Source: Verrucomicrobiales bacterium (lineage in GTDB: Bacteria > Verrucomicrobiota > Verrucomicrobiia > Verrucomicrobiales > DEV007). From it: a stretch of DNA of 64,000 nucleotides. The translations under genes were made by a program, and so were the position numbers. The notes below the pieces were generated by a model, which was given only the letters and a program-made list of their open reading frames with translations, did not search any database and was not told where the DNA came from. Location of the stretch: positions 41,641 to 105,640 of the forward strand of contig JBMYJM010000010.1 in the NCBI GenBank assembly GCA_049594415.1, given 5' to 3'. Below, one piece after another: positions 1 to 8,975 of this stretch; the first letter of the stretch is position 1, and every line of letters starts with the position of its first letter.

Positions 1-726
1 GACAGAAAAGGTCTGGAAACGCCCCTGCACCGGTTGCAGATTGCGATTCAGCAGCATTTCGACCCGCGACTGAGTACCGGGAGCACTAAACTTCTGACCG
101 TTCTCAGTGACCAGGTAGGTTCGTGGAAAAAAGAAGAAGTGTGTTTTGCTGTAAAGATTCTCCTTCTTCAGAATCAGAATATCGTCCTGATCCACCACCC
201 AGTCGACGTGACTGCGACCATACCAGATCTTGTCCCAGAGCCGCTTGGGCAAACCGGGGCGTTCATAGCCCTCGGGAGCGTGTCTCTCCGACACCGGGTT
301 CATGTCCTCGGTCGGATAAGCAATAATCCCGTTCAAGGTCGGCTGCATTGAACCAGTCGGAATCTTGAACTGCTGGATAAAATAAGCACGAATGCCCATG
401 GCGATCACCACCGCCACGAACACTATCTCGATGTTTTCCTTCCAGGCCGAGGTCTTGTAGCCCTTGACCGACTTCTTACAGGTTTCAGTCAGGTCCTCTG
501 CCAGCTTCTCAAGATCCTTGCGCTTGGATGCACGATCCGTAAGCGCCTCGGAAAAAGCGCTGCGCTTATCGCCGATCTCCTCCTTGGTTTTATCCGTGAT
601 GAGATCATCGTTGTAGCGGAGGAATTTCTTTACGCCCTTAATGAGCGCCTTTCCTTCCTTTCGCCCTTTGCGATCCAGTGGCAGTTCGCCCAACTCTTCC
701 GCGCTTGGCTTCTTGAAAAAAAACAT
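1..726 (-). CDS. lepB: Signal peptidase I, N-terminal part (runs off the window edge)
   Basis: Not in the ORF track; translated by hand from ATG at 726: MFFFKKPSAEE...WKENIEIVFVAVVIAMGIRAYFIQQFKIPTGSMQPTLNG (TM helix plus catalytic Ser box). Directly downstream of lepA, the conserved lepA-lepB order. Confidence 0.92.
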   Translation of the reverse strand, partial: MFFFKKPSAEELGELPLDRKGRKEGKALIKGVKKFLRYNDDLITDKTKEEIGDKRSAFSEALTDRASKRKDLEKLAEDLTETCKKSVKGYKTSAWKENIEIVFVAVVIAMGIRAYFIQQFKIPTGSMQPTLNGIIAYPTEDMNPVSERHAPEGYERPGLPKRLWDKIWYGRSHVDWVVDQDDILILKKENLYSKTHFFFFPRTYLVTENGQKFSAPGTQSRVEMLLNRNLQPVQGRFQTFSV

Positions 727-767
727 GGTCTTGGGGGTTTGGTGTCAGGAATGAGCTCCCGGGGGAA

Positions 768-2564
768 TCAGTCAGTCTTCAGTACCTTGATGAAAGCATC
801 CTGGGGGATATTCACCTTTCCGATCGCTTTCATTTTTTTCTTACCTTCTTTCTGCTTTTCGAGCAGCTTGCGCTTTCGAGAAATATCACCACCGTAACAC
901 TTTGCGGTCACGTTTTTTCGCATCGCGCTGATCGACTCACGAGCAATGATCTTGCCGCCAATCGTCGCCTGTATGGCAACCACAAAAAGTTGCTGGGGAA
1001 TCACCTCTTTCAATTTGCCAGCGAGGTGGCGCCCGCGGTATTCGGCCTTATCACGGTGCACAATCACGGAGAAGGCATCCACCGGTTCACCGGCAATCAT
1101 GATATCCATTTTCACGAGGTTGCCAGCCTGGTATTCGCCGTGCTCATAGTCCATGCTACCGTAACCGCGAGTCATGCTCTTGAGACGGTCATTGAAGTCG
1201 ACCAGTATCTCATTGAGCGGCAGCGTCGCCGTCAGGAGCACGCGGTGAGAATCCAGTGTTTCGGTATTCACCAGCTGGCCACGCTTCTCAGCGACAAGCT
1301 TCATCATATCGCTGATATACTCGTTCGGCGTCATGATGTAGGCCGTCACGGTCGGCTCGAGAATTTCGTCGATCAGCTGGGGCTCAGGCAGGTAAGTCGG
1401 GTTGTCCACCTCGATCATCTCACCGTTGTTCAACTTCACTTTGTAGACCACGCCGGGATAGGTGGAGATCACGTCCATGTTGAACTCGCGTCGCAAACGT
1501 TCCTGGACAATCTCCATGTGAAGCAATCCGAGGAAGCCGCATCGAAAACCAAAACCGAGGGCCGTCGAACTTTCTGCCTGGTAACTGAAAGCCGCGTCAT
1601 TGATCTGCAGCTTACCCATCGCGAGCTTGAGCTGCTCAAAGTCATCGGTAGTCACCGGATAAATTCCGCTGAAAACCATTGGCTGAATCTCTTTAAAGCC
1701 GGGCAGTGGTTCTTCCGAGGGATTGCGTGACTCCGTGATGGTGTCGCCGATCTTGACCTCGCTTGAGGTTTTCATGTTGGCGATCAGGTAGCCAACGTCT
1801 CCAGCCTTCAAGGTGTCGCGCTTGGTCTGCTTGGGAGTGAAAACTCCCACCTCTTTCACCTCGTAGGTTTTTCCTGTGGCCATCATCTTGATGCCACTGC
1901 CTCTCTTCACCTCGCCGCTCATGACGCGAACGTAACTGACCACGCCGCGGTAGGCATCAAAGACTGAGTCAAAAACGGAGGCCCGCAAAATATCGTCTTC
2001 AGGTTGCTCCGGTGCGGGAATCCGATCCACCACGGCATCGAGAATATCCTCAATACCCAGCCCCATCTTCGCGCTGGCCTCGATGGCCTCCTCAGCCGGG
2101 ATCGCAAGAATGTCCTCGAGTTGCTTCTTCACGGCTGGGACATCAGCGTTGGGAAGGTCAATCTTGTTGATCACGGGGATCACATGAAGATTAGCTTCGT
2201 GAGCCAGGTGAACATTTGCCACGGTCTGCGCCTCCACCCCCTGCGCAGCATCGACGAGTAAGAGCGCCCCTTCGCATGCCGCGAGACTTCGGCTGACTTC
2301 GTAGGAGAAATCGACGTGCCCGGGGGTATCGAGCAGGTTCAGCTGATAGGTTTTCCCATCCTTACCGATGTAATCCATCGTCACTGGATGCGACTTAATT
2401 GTGATTCCACGCTCGCGCTCCAGATCCATTGAGTCCAGTTGCTGGTCCTGGGATTCGCGCATGGAGACAGTCTGGGTCGTCTCAAGAAGACGGTCCGAGA
2501 GGGTCGTCTTCCCGTGATCAATGTGAGCGATAATCGAAAAATTTCGTGTCAGTTGAATGGACAT
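768..2564 (-). CDS. lepA: Translation elongation factor 4 (LepA)
   Basis: [29 protein letters not shown] and C-terminal [25 protein letters not shown]; 598 aa. Confidence 0.99.
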   Translation of the reverse strand: MSIQLTRNFSIIAHIDHGKTTLSDRLLETTQTVSMRESQDQQLDSMDLERERGITIKSHPVTMDYIGKDGKTYQLNLLDTPGHVDFSYEVSRSLAACEGALLLVDAAQGVEAQTVANVHLAHEANLHVIPVINKIDLPNADVPAVKKQLEDILAIPAEEAIEASAKMGLGIEDILDAVVDRIPAPEQPEDDILRASVFDSVFDAYRGVVSYVRVMSGEVKRGSGIKMMATGKTYEVKEVGVFTPKQTKRDTLKAGDVGYLIANMKTSSEVKIGDTITESRNPSEEPLPGFKEIQPMVFSGIYPVTTDDFEQLKLAMGKLQINDAAFSYQAESSTALGFGFRCGFLGLLHMEIVQERLRREFNMDVISTYPGVVYKVKLNNGEMIEVDNPTYLPEPQLIDEILEPTVTAYIMTPNEYISDMMKLVAEKRGQLVNTETLDSHRVLLTATLPLNEILVDFNDRLKSMTRGYGSMDYEHGEYQAGNLVKMDIMIAGEPVDAFSVIVHRDKAEYRGRHLAGKLKEVIPQQLFVVAIQATIGGKIIARESISAMRKNVTAKCYGGDISRKRKLLEKQKEGKKKMKAIGKVNIPQDAFIKVLKTD

Positions 2565-2687
2565 CGTGAGATGCGGAAATCACAGGCGGGCAACCTAGAT
2601 GGATCCTGCGGAAAGTAAACGGCTTTCCACTCAGACCGGGCGGCTTCGAATCACCTGAAGTTGGCTGATTTGCCGCAATTTTCCGTC

Positions 2688-3689
2688 TCAATACGGGATG
2701 CCCTCGTGAGTCAGGACCTTCGCAAGCGCTTTTTCCATGTCGTAGCGACACTGAGCCGTGGTCAGGTGAAGAAACCTATGAAGTTCGGCGTCCTCAACAT
2801 TCTGGTTCTCACACTTCTCGCTGTATTCCTCGAACGCTGTCAGGCTGCGAAGAATCGTGGCCAGATGGCGCGGGCACTCGCACTGTTGCGAGGGTGATAT
2901 TTTTGAGATTCGAACGAGGTCTTCGCCGGAAAACATGCGCGATGGAATGTCGCCCACGGCCTCAAGTTCAAAAACCTTGCCATCGGTCTCTGGCTCCGGA
3001 ATCGGCTGCGAAAGCGCGCCAAGGGCCAACTTGATCCCGGCCGCCTCGATTGGACCCCGCAGCGCAGTGATTTTGGTTCCGGACGTGGAATCGAGGACCC
3101 GGGACTCTGCAAAGCGATAAATCACAAAAGCTCGATCAGCCTCGACTTTGTCGGTCACAGCCTGAATCGCATTCAAATCTTCGAAAAAGAGGGTGTCCCT
3201 CTCCAAGACGATGATGTCCACGGCCCCGGCTTGGAAGGTGTCTTGGAGTTCTTCCAGTTTGTCGAATTCGCCGACAATGCGAAGGTCTGAGGCCCCGTCA
3301 GCTACCTCTCGGACACTTTGCTTGATCATTGAACCAATGAGACCAATTCGCTGTACAGTTTTTGACGAATGCGCGGCATTGGCCCCATTTGCCCCATTCG
3401 AGGCGATTGACTCTTCCAAACGCGCAACTCGTTCGACCAGTTGATCCATCGACAAATCGGCCACACTCCCAATCGCGTGCCCGTTGTCGACCAGGCGTTT
3501 CAGGAGGATTAAACGATCAACGTTCTCCTGGGTGTATTGGCGCCGCTTGCTGTCACTTCGCCTTGGTTCCACAACGCCATAGCGCCTTTCCCATACCCTC
3601 AGGACATGGGAAGAAAGACCCGTAATTCGGGCAACTGCGCTGATTTCATAGAACTGCTCTGTGGTCGGCATACGGCGTTTCTGATCCAT
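2688..3689 (-). CDS. MerR-family transcriptional regulator (CarH/LitR-like N-terminus, Cys/His-rich C-terminal domain)
   Basis: HTH ISAVARITGLSSHVLRVWERRYGVVEPRR..RRQY; C-terminal CECPRHL...FEEYSEKC...LH..LH. Start uncertain (TTG 3704, ATG 3689 or ATG 3671). Confidence 0.88.
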   Translation of the reverse strand: MDQKRRMPTTEQFYEISAVARITGLSSHVLRVWERRYGVVEPRRSDSKRRQYTQENVDRLILLKRLVDNGHAIGSVADLSMDQLVERVARLEESIASNGANGANAAHSSKTVQRIGLIGSMIKQSVREVADGASDLRIVGEFDKLEELQDTFQAGAVDIIVLERDTLFFEDLNAIQAVTDKVEADRAFVIYRFAESRVLDSTSGTKITALRGPIEAAGIKLALGALSQPIPEPETDGKVFELEAVGDIPSRMFSGEDLVRISKISPSQQCECPRHLATILRSLTAFEEYSEKCENQNVEDAELHRFLHLTTAQCRYDMEKALAKVLTHEGIPY

Positions 3690-3748
3690 AATAATACGTT
3701 TCAAATCGCTGTAGGAACCGGCGTGGCAATTTTTTCTGAAGTTTTTTC

Positions 3749-3783
3749 TTGTCTAATTACTGTTCATAGACAAACCTTTGACA
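3749..3783. promoter_or_regulatory. Putative operator between the MerR and ECF sigma genes
   Basis: Inverted repeat TTGTCTA-N11-TAGACAA (3749-3773). TnnACA boxes 11 bp apart on + (TAGACA 3767, TTGACA 3778) and on - (TGAACA 3766, TAGACA 3755). Confidence 0.5.
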
Positions 3784-3803
3784 TCAACACGAGCTATATC
3801 CCC

Positions 3804-4424
3804 ATGTCTAACCCAGATAAACTCCAGGAACGTCAGGCAGAAGCCGAACTAATGCGTCGAGTGGCCGAACGAGACCACGAAGCCTTTGCAGAGCTGTCGC
3901 AGAAATACTCCGCACTCATTTTTTCAACTGCCTTCAAAGTGCTCAACCACTACGAAGACACGGAGGACGTTATGAGCGAGGTGTTGAACACAATTTGGAA
4001 AAAAGCGGACACCTACCACTCCAAAAAAGGAAGCCTCGTCACATGGATTTGCACCACCGCCCGCAATCGAGCGATCGATCGGGTCCGAAGTGTGCAGCGC
4101 CGCAGCGCTCTCTATGACAAGTTCGAAACTAAGCTCGAAGGCGACAAGCCCGATGCTCGCACCACCGGCCGCGAAGACCTTTACCGTTCCGACGCACGCC
4201 AGGTTCTGCGTTCTGCTGTTGTAGCTCTTTCCCCCGACCAGCGCGAAGTCATCGAACTCGCCTACTTCGAAGGTTTGACCCAAAAGCAGATTGCCGAGCG
4301 CATCCACAGCCCGCTTGGGACTGTCAAAGCTCGCATCCGCCGCGGTGTCGAGCGTCTACGTGTCTCCATTAACGACCGCCTCAAGGGAGAAGGTCAACTA
4401 CTGCTCAACAGCGTTACCGACTGA
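3804..4424 (+). CDS. ECF sigma-70 factor (RpoE/SigK-like)
   Basis: Region 2 DTEDVMSEV..W..A..Y..KKGSLVTWICT.ARNRAIDR; region 4 QREVIELAYFEGLTQKQIAE....PLGTVKARIRRG. ATG 3804 preferred over the ORF-track start at 3537, which overlaps the MerR gene. Confidence 0.93.
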   Translation: MSNPDKLQERQAEAELMRRVAERDHEAFAELSQKYSALIFSTAFKVLNHYEDTEDVMSEVLNTIWKKADTYHSKKGSLVTWICTTARNRAIDRVRSVQRRSALYDKFETKLEGDKPDARTTGREDLYRSDARQVLRSAVVALSPDQREVIELAYFEGLTQKQIAERIHSPLGTVKARIRRGVERLRVSINDRLKGEGQLLLNSVTD

Positions 4425-5150
4425 TTCGGAGTTTCCTTCCCGGGTAAGAGCTGTAAGAACCCCATGCAACAGCTGGAGTTCCGGCTTATCCATTTTTGTC
4501 TTGGTAAACACGGACCGAAGCGTCCTGAGGCTGTGTGGCTTCATTTCAGGCGTTAGAAAAAATCCATTCCGGTCCAGCGCGTCTTCAAGCCGTGACAGAA
4601 AAACATCCACCTCCTCCCGGGTGGGTAGATTACCTTCAAAAGAGGCCGTTGGTAGATCGCCGAGCCTCCTCCACTCCCATCCGAAAAGCAGGACAGCCTG
4701 AGCCAGGTTCAAAGAACTGAAATCCGGATTCGTCGGGAAACGCAACAGGGTGTCCGCCCTCGCGATGGCGTCGTTGTCCAGCCCGGATGCCTCCGGTCCG
4801 AAAAGGATCGCCACCGTTTCATCCCCTGCGATCCCCTCTTCGGCCTCAACCACTGCGTCGGCTACATTGAGCTGTGGCACGTTGAGTGATCGATCCCTCG
4901 CCGTGGTGGCGAACACCCGTTGACAGTCGTTAAGCGCCTCGGCGAGCGTCCCAAACACCTCGGCTTCATTCAAAACAATATCGGCATCGGCCGCGGTCGC
5001 CTTGGCCGCTTTATTGGGCCACCCCTGCCTCGGATTCACCAGCCGCAGCCGCTGCAATCCACAGTTCAACATAGCACGGGCGCACATCCCGATGTTTTCA
5101 CCGAGTTGAGGTTCCACCAGAATAATAACGGGCTGCGAATTGATTGCCAT
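4398..5150 (-). CDS. trmJ: tRNA/rRNA SPOUT methyltransferase, TrmJ/LasT family
   Basis: VIILVEPQLGENIGMCARAM.NCGL..LRLVNP; ILFGPEASGLDN; SSLNLAQAV. Confidence 0.88.
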   Translation of the reverse strand: MAINSQPVIILVEPQLGENIGMCARAMLNCGLQRLRLVNPRQGWPNKAAKATAADADIVLNEAEVFGTLAEALNDCQRVFATTARDRSLNVPQLNVADAVVEAEEGIAGDETVAILFGPEASGLDNDAIARADTLLRFPTNPDFSSLNLAQAVLLFGWEWRRLGDLPTASFEGNLPTREEVDVFLSRLEDALDRNGFFLTPEMKPHSLRTLRSVFTKTKMDKPELQLLHGVLTALTREGNSESVGNAVEQ

Positions 5151-5176
5151 GAAGCTGTGTGCAAATATTGACGTCA

Positions 5177-5431
5177 ATGGACGTTCCTAAACAGATCACC
5201 TGCGTCGACTGCGGGCAACCTGCCTATCGCCTCACCTATCCCCCGGAAGAGGGGTGGGAAGTTGGTGACTATGTCGCCTATCGCTGCTCAGGATGCAACG
5301 ATCGCTGGGACCTAATCGTAAATGAAGAGGACGCTGCAAACCAAATGCCCACAGCTCCAACTATTGCTGATGAAGCCCGCCTTATCCTCGAGTCCCGTAT
5401 CGAGGAAATGCGGAAGAAAAATTCCGAATAA
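5177..5431 (+). CDS. Small putative zinc-ribbon protein
   Basis: MDVPKQITCVDCG...YRCSGCNDRW: two CxxC pairs and an acidic/helical tail. 8 nt upstream of the next same-strand gene. Confidence 0.7.
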   Translation: MDVPKQITCVDCGQPAYRLTYPPEEGWEVGDYVAYRCSGCNDRWDLIVNEEDAANQMPTAPTIADEARLILESRIEEMRKKNSE

Positions 5432-5439
5432 CCTGCCCC

Positions 5440-5853
5440 ATGCGCCGCGACAAGCACGTCCTCCTCTTCGATAGCGATTGCCCCATGTGCACGTTCCAGA
5501 GCCGAACCCTCGGTTGGCTCGACTGGTTCGGTTGTGTCGAAATGATTCCTCTCAAGGATACCCGCACGCAGAAAATCGCTCCTGACATCACTCGCGAAGA
5601 TCTCCTCGAAGCGATTCACTGCATCACTCCGGAGGGTGAAATCCATCGCGGCGCCCGCGCGATTCGCTTTCTCGGGATGCGGGTTCCTCTTCTGGTCCCG
5701 GTTGGCCTGTTTCTTTGGCTTCCCGGGATCATCTGGATCGCGGAGAAGGTCTACGCTTTCGTTTCACGCAACCGACACTTCTTCAGCAAGATCTTCGGCT
5801 GCAAAGGCGCCTGCGCCATTATGCCGGAGAAAGGCGAAAATCAGGGCTCCTGA
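5440..5853 (+). CDS. DCC-family (DUF393) thiol-disulfide oxidoreductase-like protein
   Basis: VLLFDSDCPMC (DxxCxxC), G.RAI..L, Y.FVSRNRH. Confidence 0.88.
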   Translation: MRRDKHVLLFDSDCPMCTFQSRTLGWLDWFGCVEMIPLKDTRTQKIAPDITREDLLEAIHCITPEGEIHRGARAIRFLGMRVPLLVPVGLFLWLPGIIWIAEKVYAFVSRNRHFFSKIFGCKGACAIMPEKGENQGS

Positions 5854-6941
5854 GGCTCGAAGGTATCTTCGATTCTCTCCTCTCCGATGATGAGAGCCGG
5901 CCGTTTGGTGGATCGGGGCTCCTGCTCTTCTGCTGCTACCGTTACTCCGACCTCTGCCGGTGAAGCCGCGGCCGCCGTGCCGGGAGGCTTGATTTCGGCG
6001 CGAACCACAATCGCGGCACGCCCGGGATTGTCCGAATCTTCAGCTCCGAGAAAATATCGATTGAACTCATCGCTGGCACCGGAAAATCCATATACCCGCC
6101 CGATCTCGCCGTTGGGCACTTCCATCACGGTGCGGTAATCGCGCATGTCGATTTCAACAGGTTTGCGCGGCGACTGACCCCCCGGATCAGGATTCTCAAT
6201 CGTAAATCGCGGCATCATATCGAGGTGCACTGAGCCGAGGCGAACGGTTGGCTTGATCACCACTGACGTGGAAATGCGGGTGGTCGATATGACCGGCACG
6301 AGGATGTCGCCCGAATTGATAAACGATCCGAAGAAACCGGGATTCGACACCGGCCCCTGAATCGGCACTGTGCCGACCGTATCTGTCGGCAGGATCGCCG
6401 AGCCGTAGTTGATGAACCCTTCGAACTCGGTGTGCTCGGCATTGATATCGAGGTTGATGGATCCATCGGGATTGATGCTGGTCAGCGTTTCACTGGTCAC
6501 CCCGATATTTCGCTTCATGAATTTTGTCGGCGTCGCAGGTATGACAGTGGATACCCCGTTCGGACCAACAAAGATCGTGGGCGCTCGATATTCTACTGGG
6601 AAAGGCACCTCCTGCGCCACTACGATCGAGCTACTGCGAGTAGGGAGGCCGGTTACAAATTTAAAACTGAGCTCCACATCCACCCGGGGAAAGTCCGCCT
6701 GCGCCAGGGCACTCTCCGCAGAAAGGATGCCTTCGGGCGTATCGATGACCATGATACTGCCCTTGCCGGGTAGCATCACAAACTTCCCTGCCGGAGAAAG
6801 GGCTTCCTGAAGAACCGGCTTCACCAGGTCCATCGGGGCGAAGCCTACGTCGATTTCTTTTTTGATGGTCGTCTCGGAAACCGCCCACACTGGAGTGAGA
6901 AGCCCGAGGGCAAAGAAGATCGGCAAGGGAACCAGTTTCAT
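5841..6941 (-). CDS. Exported secretin-like protein (one N-domain plus a shortened secretin-like domain)
   Basis: Signal peptide MKLVPLPIFFALGLLTPVWA; N3-like LSPAGKF....GSIMVIDTPE; PATPTKF..RNIGV...INPDGSI.L.I..E..EFEGFINYGS.I, a motif I recognise from verrucomicrobial secretins. Confidence 0.55.
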   Translation of the reverse strand: MKLVPLPIFFALGLLTPVWAVSETTIKKEIDVGFAPMDLVKPVLQEALSPAGKFVMLPGKGSIMVIDTPEGILSAESALAQADFPRVDVELSFKFVTGLPTRSSSIVVAQEVPFPVEYRAPTIFVGPNGVSTVIPATPTKFMKRNIGVTSETLTSINPDGSINLDINAEHTEFEGFINYGSAILPTDTVGTVPIQGPVSNPGFFGSFINSGDILVPVISTTRISTSVVIKPTVRLGSVHLDMMPRFTIENPDPGGQSPRKPVEIDMRDYRTVMEVPNGEIGRVYGFSGASDEFNRYFLGAEDSDNPGRAAIVVRAEIKPPGTAAAASPAEVGVTVAAEEQEPRSTKRPALIIGEERIEDTFEPQEP

Positions 6942-7078
6942 CGTGAGGAGCATATCCGAATCAGCAACCTTACGGGTTAGTCGGATGAACACACAGTCCT
7001 ATGCTAAGACTCATTGCAGAATAGTGTATCAACTATTTGCCGAATGGAGAAGCCTCAAATAGCAAGGCTGCTCCCAAC

Positions 7079-7107
7079 AAAAAAGGCACCCTGTTTCCAG
7101 GGTGCCT
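7079..7107 (-). terminator. Intrinsic terminator of the MFS gene
   Basis: Perfect 10-bp stem AGGCACCCTG/CAGGGTGCCT with a 4-nt loop, followed on the minus strand by a T run, about 30 nt past the MFS stop. Confidence 0.8.
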
Positions 7108-7136
7108 CCGTTTGAAACAGTCGAAAATAATTTCGA

Positions 7137-8729
7137 TCAGGCGTCCTCGATCTTAACCGGACGATAGCCGCCCTTCGCCTTAAAATAGAGGAGCAAGAGC
7201 AGGTAGATCACTGCCATAGCTGCAGGAATGAATGCATCTGCACGAAGGGTCTTACGGTCCCCCTCAATACTGGATTCCTGCGCCATCGCTTCGGCCTCAG
7301 TCAGCTCTTCGCCACTATCCATCTTGGCTTTGATCCCCCCCATCTTCTTACCGTCAAGAGCACCGCTCTCAAGAAAGAGGAACGAACTGCGAACGTCGTT
7401 ACCTTCGGCATCGACCGCCTTGTACTCGGCGTAGACAGCAGGATCCTTGGCTTCCAGGCCCTCAGAGGAGAACTTGTCCTTGGCAAATCCAAGACCAACG
7501 GAACCGATCAGGCCCGCTGACATCATGCCGATACCACCCATGAGCGACATCGCCACCGCACCCGATTTCGGGAAACGGTCTCCAACCACCGCAAGCATGG
7601 TCGGCCAGAAGAAGGTTTTACCAATCGCATAGACCGCCAGCGCGAGGAAGGCCAGTCCGAAACTAGTGATATTGCTCGCGAGGAACAGTCCAACCACGGC
7701 AAAGATTGAGCAGACAAAAAGCAAACCGATCGGAGAGAGGCCAAGCTTGTTCTCAATGAAGTCGGCGCAGAAGCGAAGACCAAACATGATCAACGAGGTG
7801 AACACGAAAAGGATCTTACCTTGTTCGGCGGTGAGGATGTTACCGGTAATGTTCTGAATCCATCCATCCGTTCCCAGCTCAACGGCACCAATCAGTGCGT
7901 GCGTGATGAAGAGAACGAAAAGAAGCAGCGCTCCAATAGAGAACTTGGTGATGCGGCCAATACCCACGACCGAAGCAACGCAAATCACCCAGCCGATCAA
8001 GGGCGGGAAACTAGGAGTGAAAACGCCACCTGCGAAGTTGATGAACATGCCAACAAGAAGACAGACAACGAGTCCACCGAGGATACCCACGTCTTTCATC
8101 ATCTCGCCGAAGCTGAGTCCCTTCTCGGACGCCTCAGACTTAGGCATCTTCTGACCCATGAACATGATGCCGTAAACGAAAGTCGGGATGAGGAAAAGAG
8201 CGAGCTGGATCTTCCAGTTAAGATCACCCATGGTCCAACCAATCAAGCCACCGAAAACGAGGCCGAGCGGCCAGCTGGCGTGAAGGATGTTGAGATAGTG
8301 GGTTCGGTTATTCGGGAAGAGCGTCGCGACAAGCGGGTTGGAGACCGCCTCAAGCACACCGTTCGCAATCGCGAAGGTGAACGTCCCCCAGAAAAGGAAC
8401 TGGAAAGCGGTGTCCTGCGGCTGTCCGCTGACAGCGCCAAAGGTGATGAAGGCGGAAAGGACGTGAAAAAGGAACGCGGCAAAAACCAGCTTTCCGTAAC
8501 CAAGTTTATCGACGACCAAACCACCGAGAATAATTCCCGGGCAAAAACCGAGTAGTCCTGCTGCACCAATTTCACCCAGTTGGGCGCCAGTGAAGCCAAA
8601 TTCAGTTGCCCAGTTAGCAAGAATTCCACCTCGGACACCGAATCCCACACCAGCAGCAAGAATCGCTGTAAAACCGGCCCAGAGCAGTCTGCCTGCGTTG
8701 GGGGCGATCCCGTCTTGTTTTATATTCAT
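7137..8729 (-). CDS. MFS transporter (sugar/organic-solute type)
   Basis: About 12 hydrophobic segments; motif [13 protein letters not shown]; HASWPLG; [19 protein letters not shown] 8729 chosen. Confidence 0.9.
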   Translation of the reverse strand: MNIKQDGIAPNAGRLLWAGFTAILAAGVGFGVRGGILANWATEFGFTGAQLGEIGAAGLLGFCPGIILGGLVVDKLGYGKLVFAAFLFHVLSAFITFGAVSGQPQDTAFQFLFWGTFTFAIANGVLEAVSNPLVATLFPNNRTHYLNILHASWPLGLVFGGLIGWTMGDLNWKIQLALFLIPTFVYGIMFMGQKMPKSEASEKGLSFGEMMKDVGILGGLVVCLLVGMFINFAGGVFTPSFPPLIGWVICVASVVGIGRITKFSIGALLLFVLFITHALIGAVELGTDGWIQNITGNILTAEQGKILFVFTSLIMFGLRFCADFIENKLGLSPIGLLFVCSIFAVVGLFLASNITSFGLAFLALAVYAIGKTFFWPTMLAVVGDRFPKSGAVAMSLMGGIGMMSAGLIGSVGLGFAKDKFSSEGLEAKDPAVYAEYKAVDAEGNDVRSSFLFLESGALDGKKMGGIKAKMDSGEELTEAEAMAQESSIEGDRKTLRADAFIPAAMAVIYLLLLLYFKAKGGYRPVKIEDA

Positions 8730-8920
8730 AGCGTATGTTTTAAGTATTGAGTTTCTGGATCTAACATGCCCAGAGAAGAGGCGTTTCTTAACAAACAGGC
8801 AAACTTCCTCAAGAACAAATCGAGACAAAATTGCGCCGGTAATTCCGAATGAAACTCGTTAGATCTCACAGTGAAAGCATCAAACTAACCAATAATTAAG
8901 ATTCTCGAATTTATTAAAAC

Positions 8921-8949
8921 TTGTATTTTTGAAACCGAAATATGATAAT
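8921..8949 (+). promoter_or_regulatory. Putative sigma70 promoter
   Basis: TTGTAT-N17-GATAAT in an AT-rich spacer upstream of the P-loop gene. Confidence 0.35.
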
Positions 8950-8975
8950 TTGACTAGTTGCTGCTATTGGCCAAA

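Noticed and set aside
34-351. Plus-strand ORFs of 105 and 67 aa
   Set aside because: They are antisense shadows of the truncated lepB gene on the minus strand.
3537-3803. 89-aa N-terminal extension of the ECF ORF
   Set aside because: It overlaps the divergent MerR gene and its spacer, and has no sigma-like features. ATG 3804 fits better.
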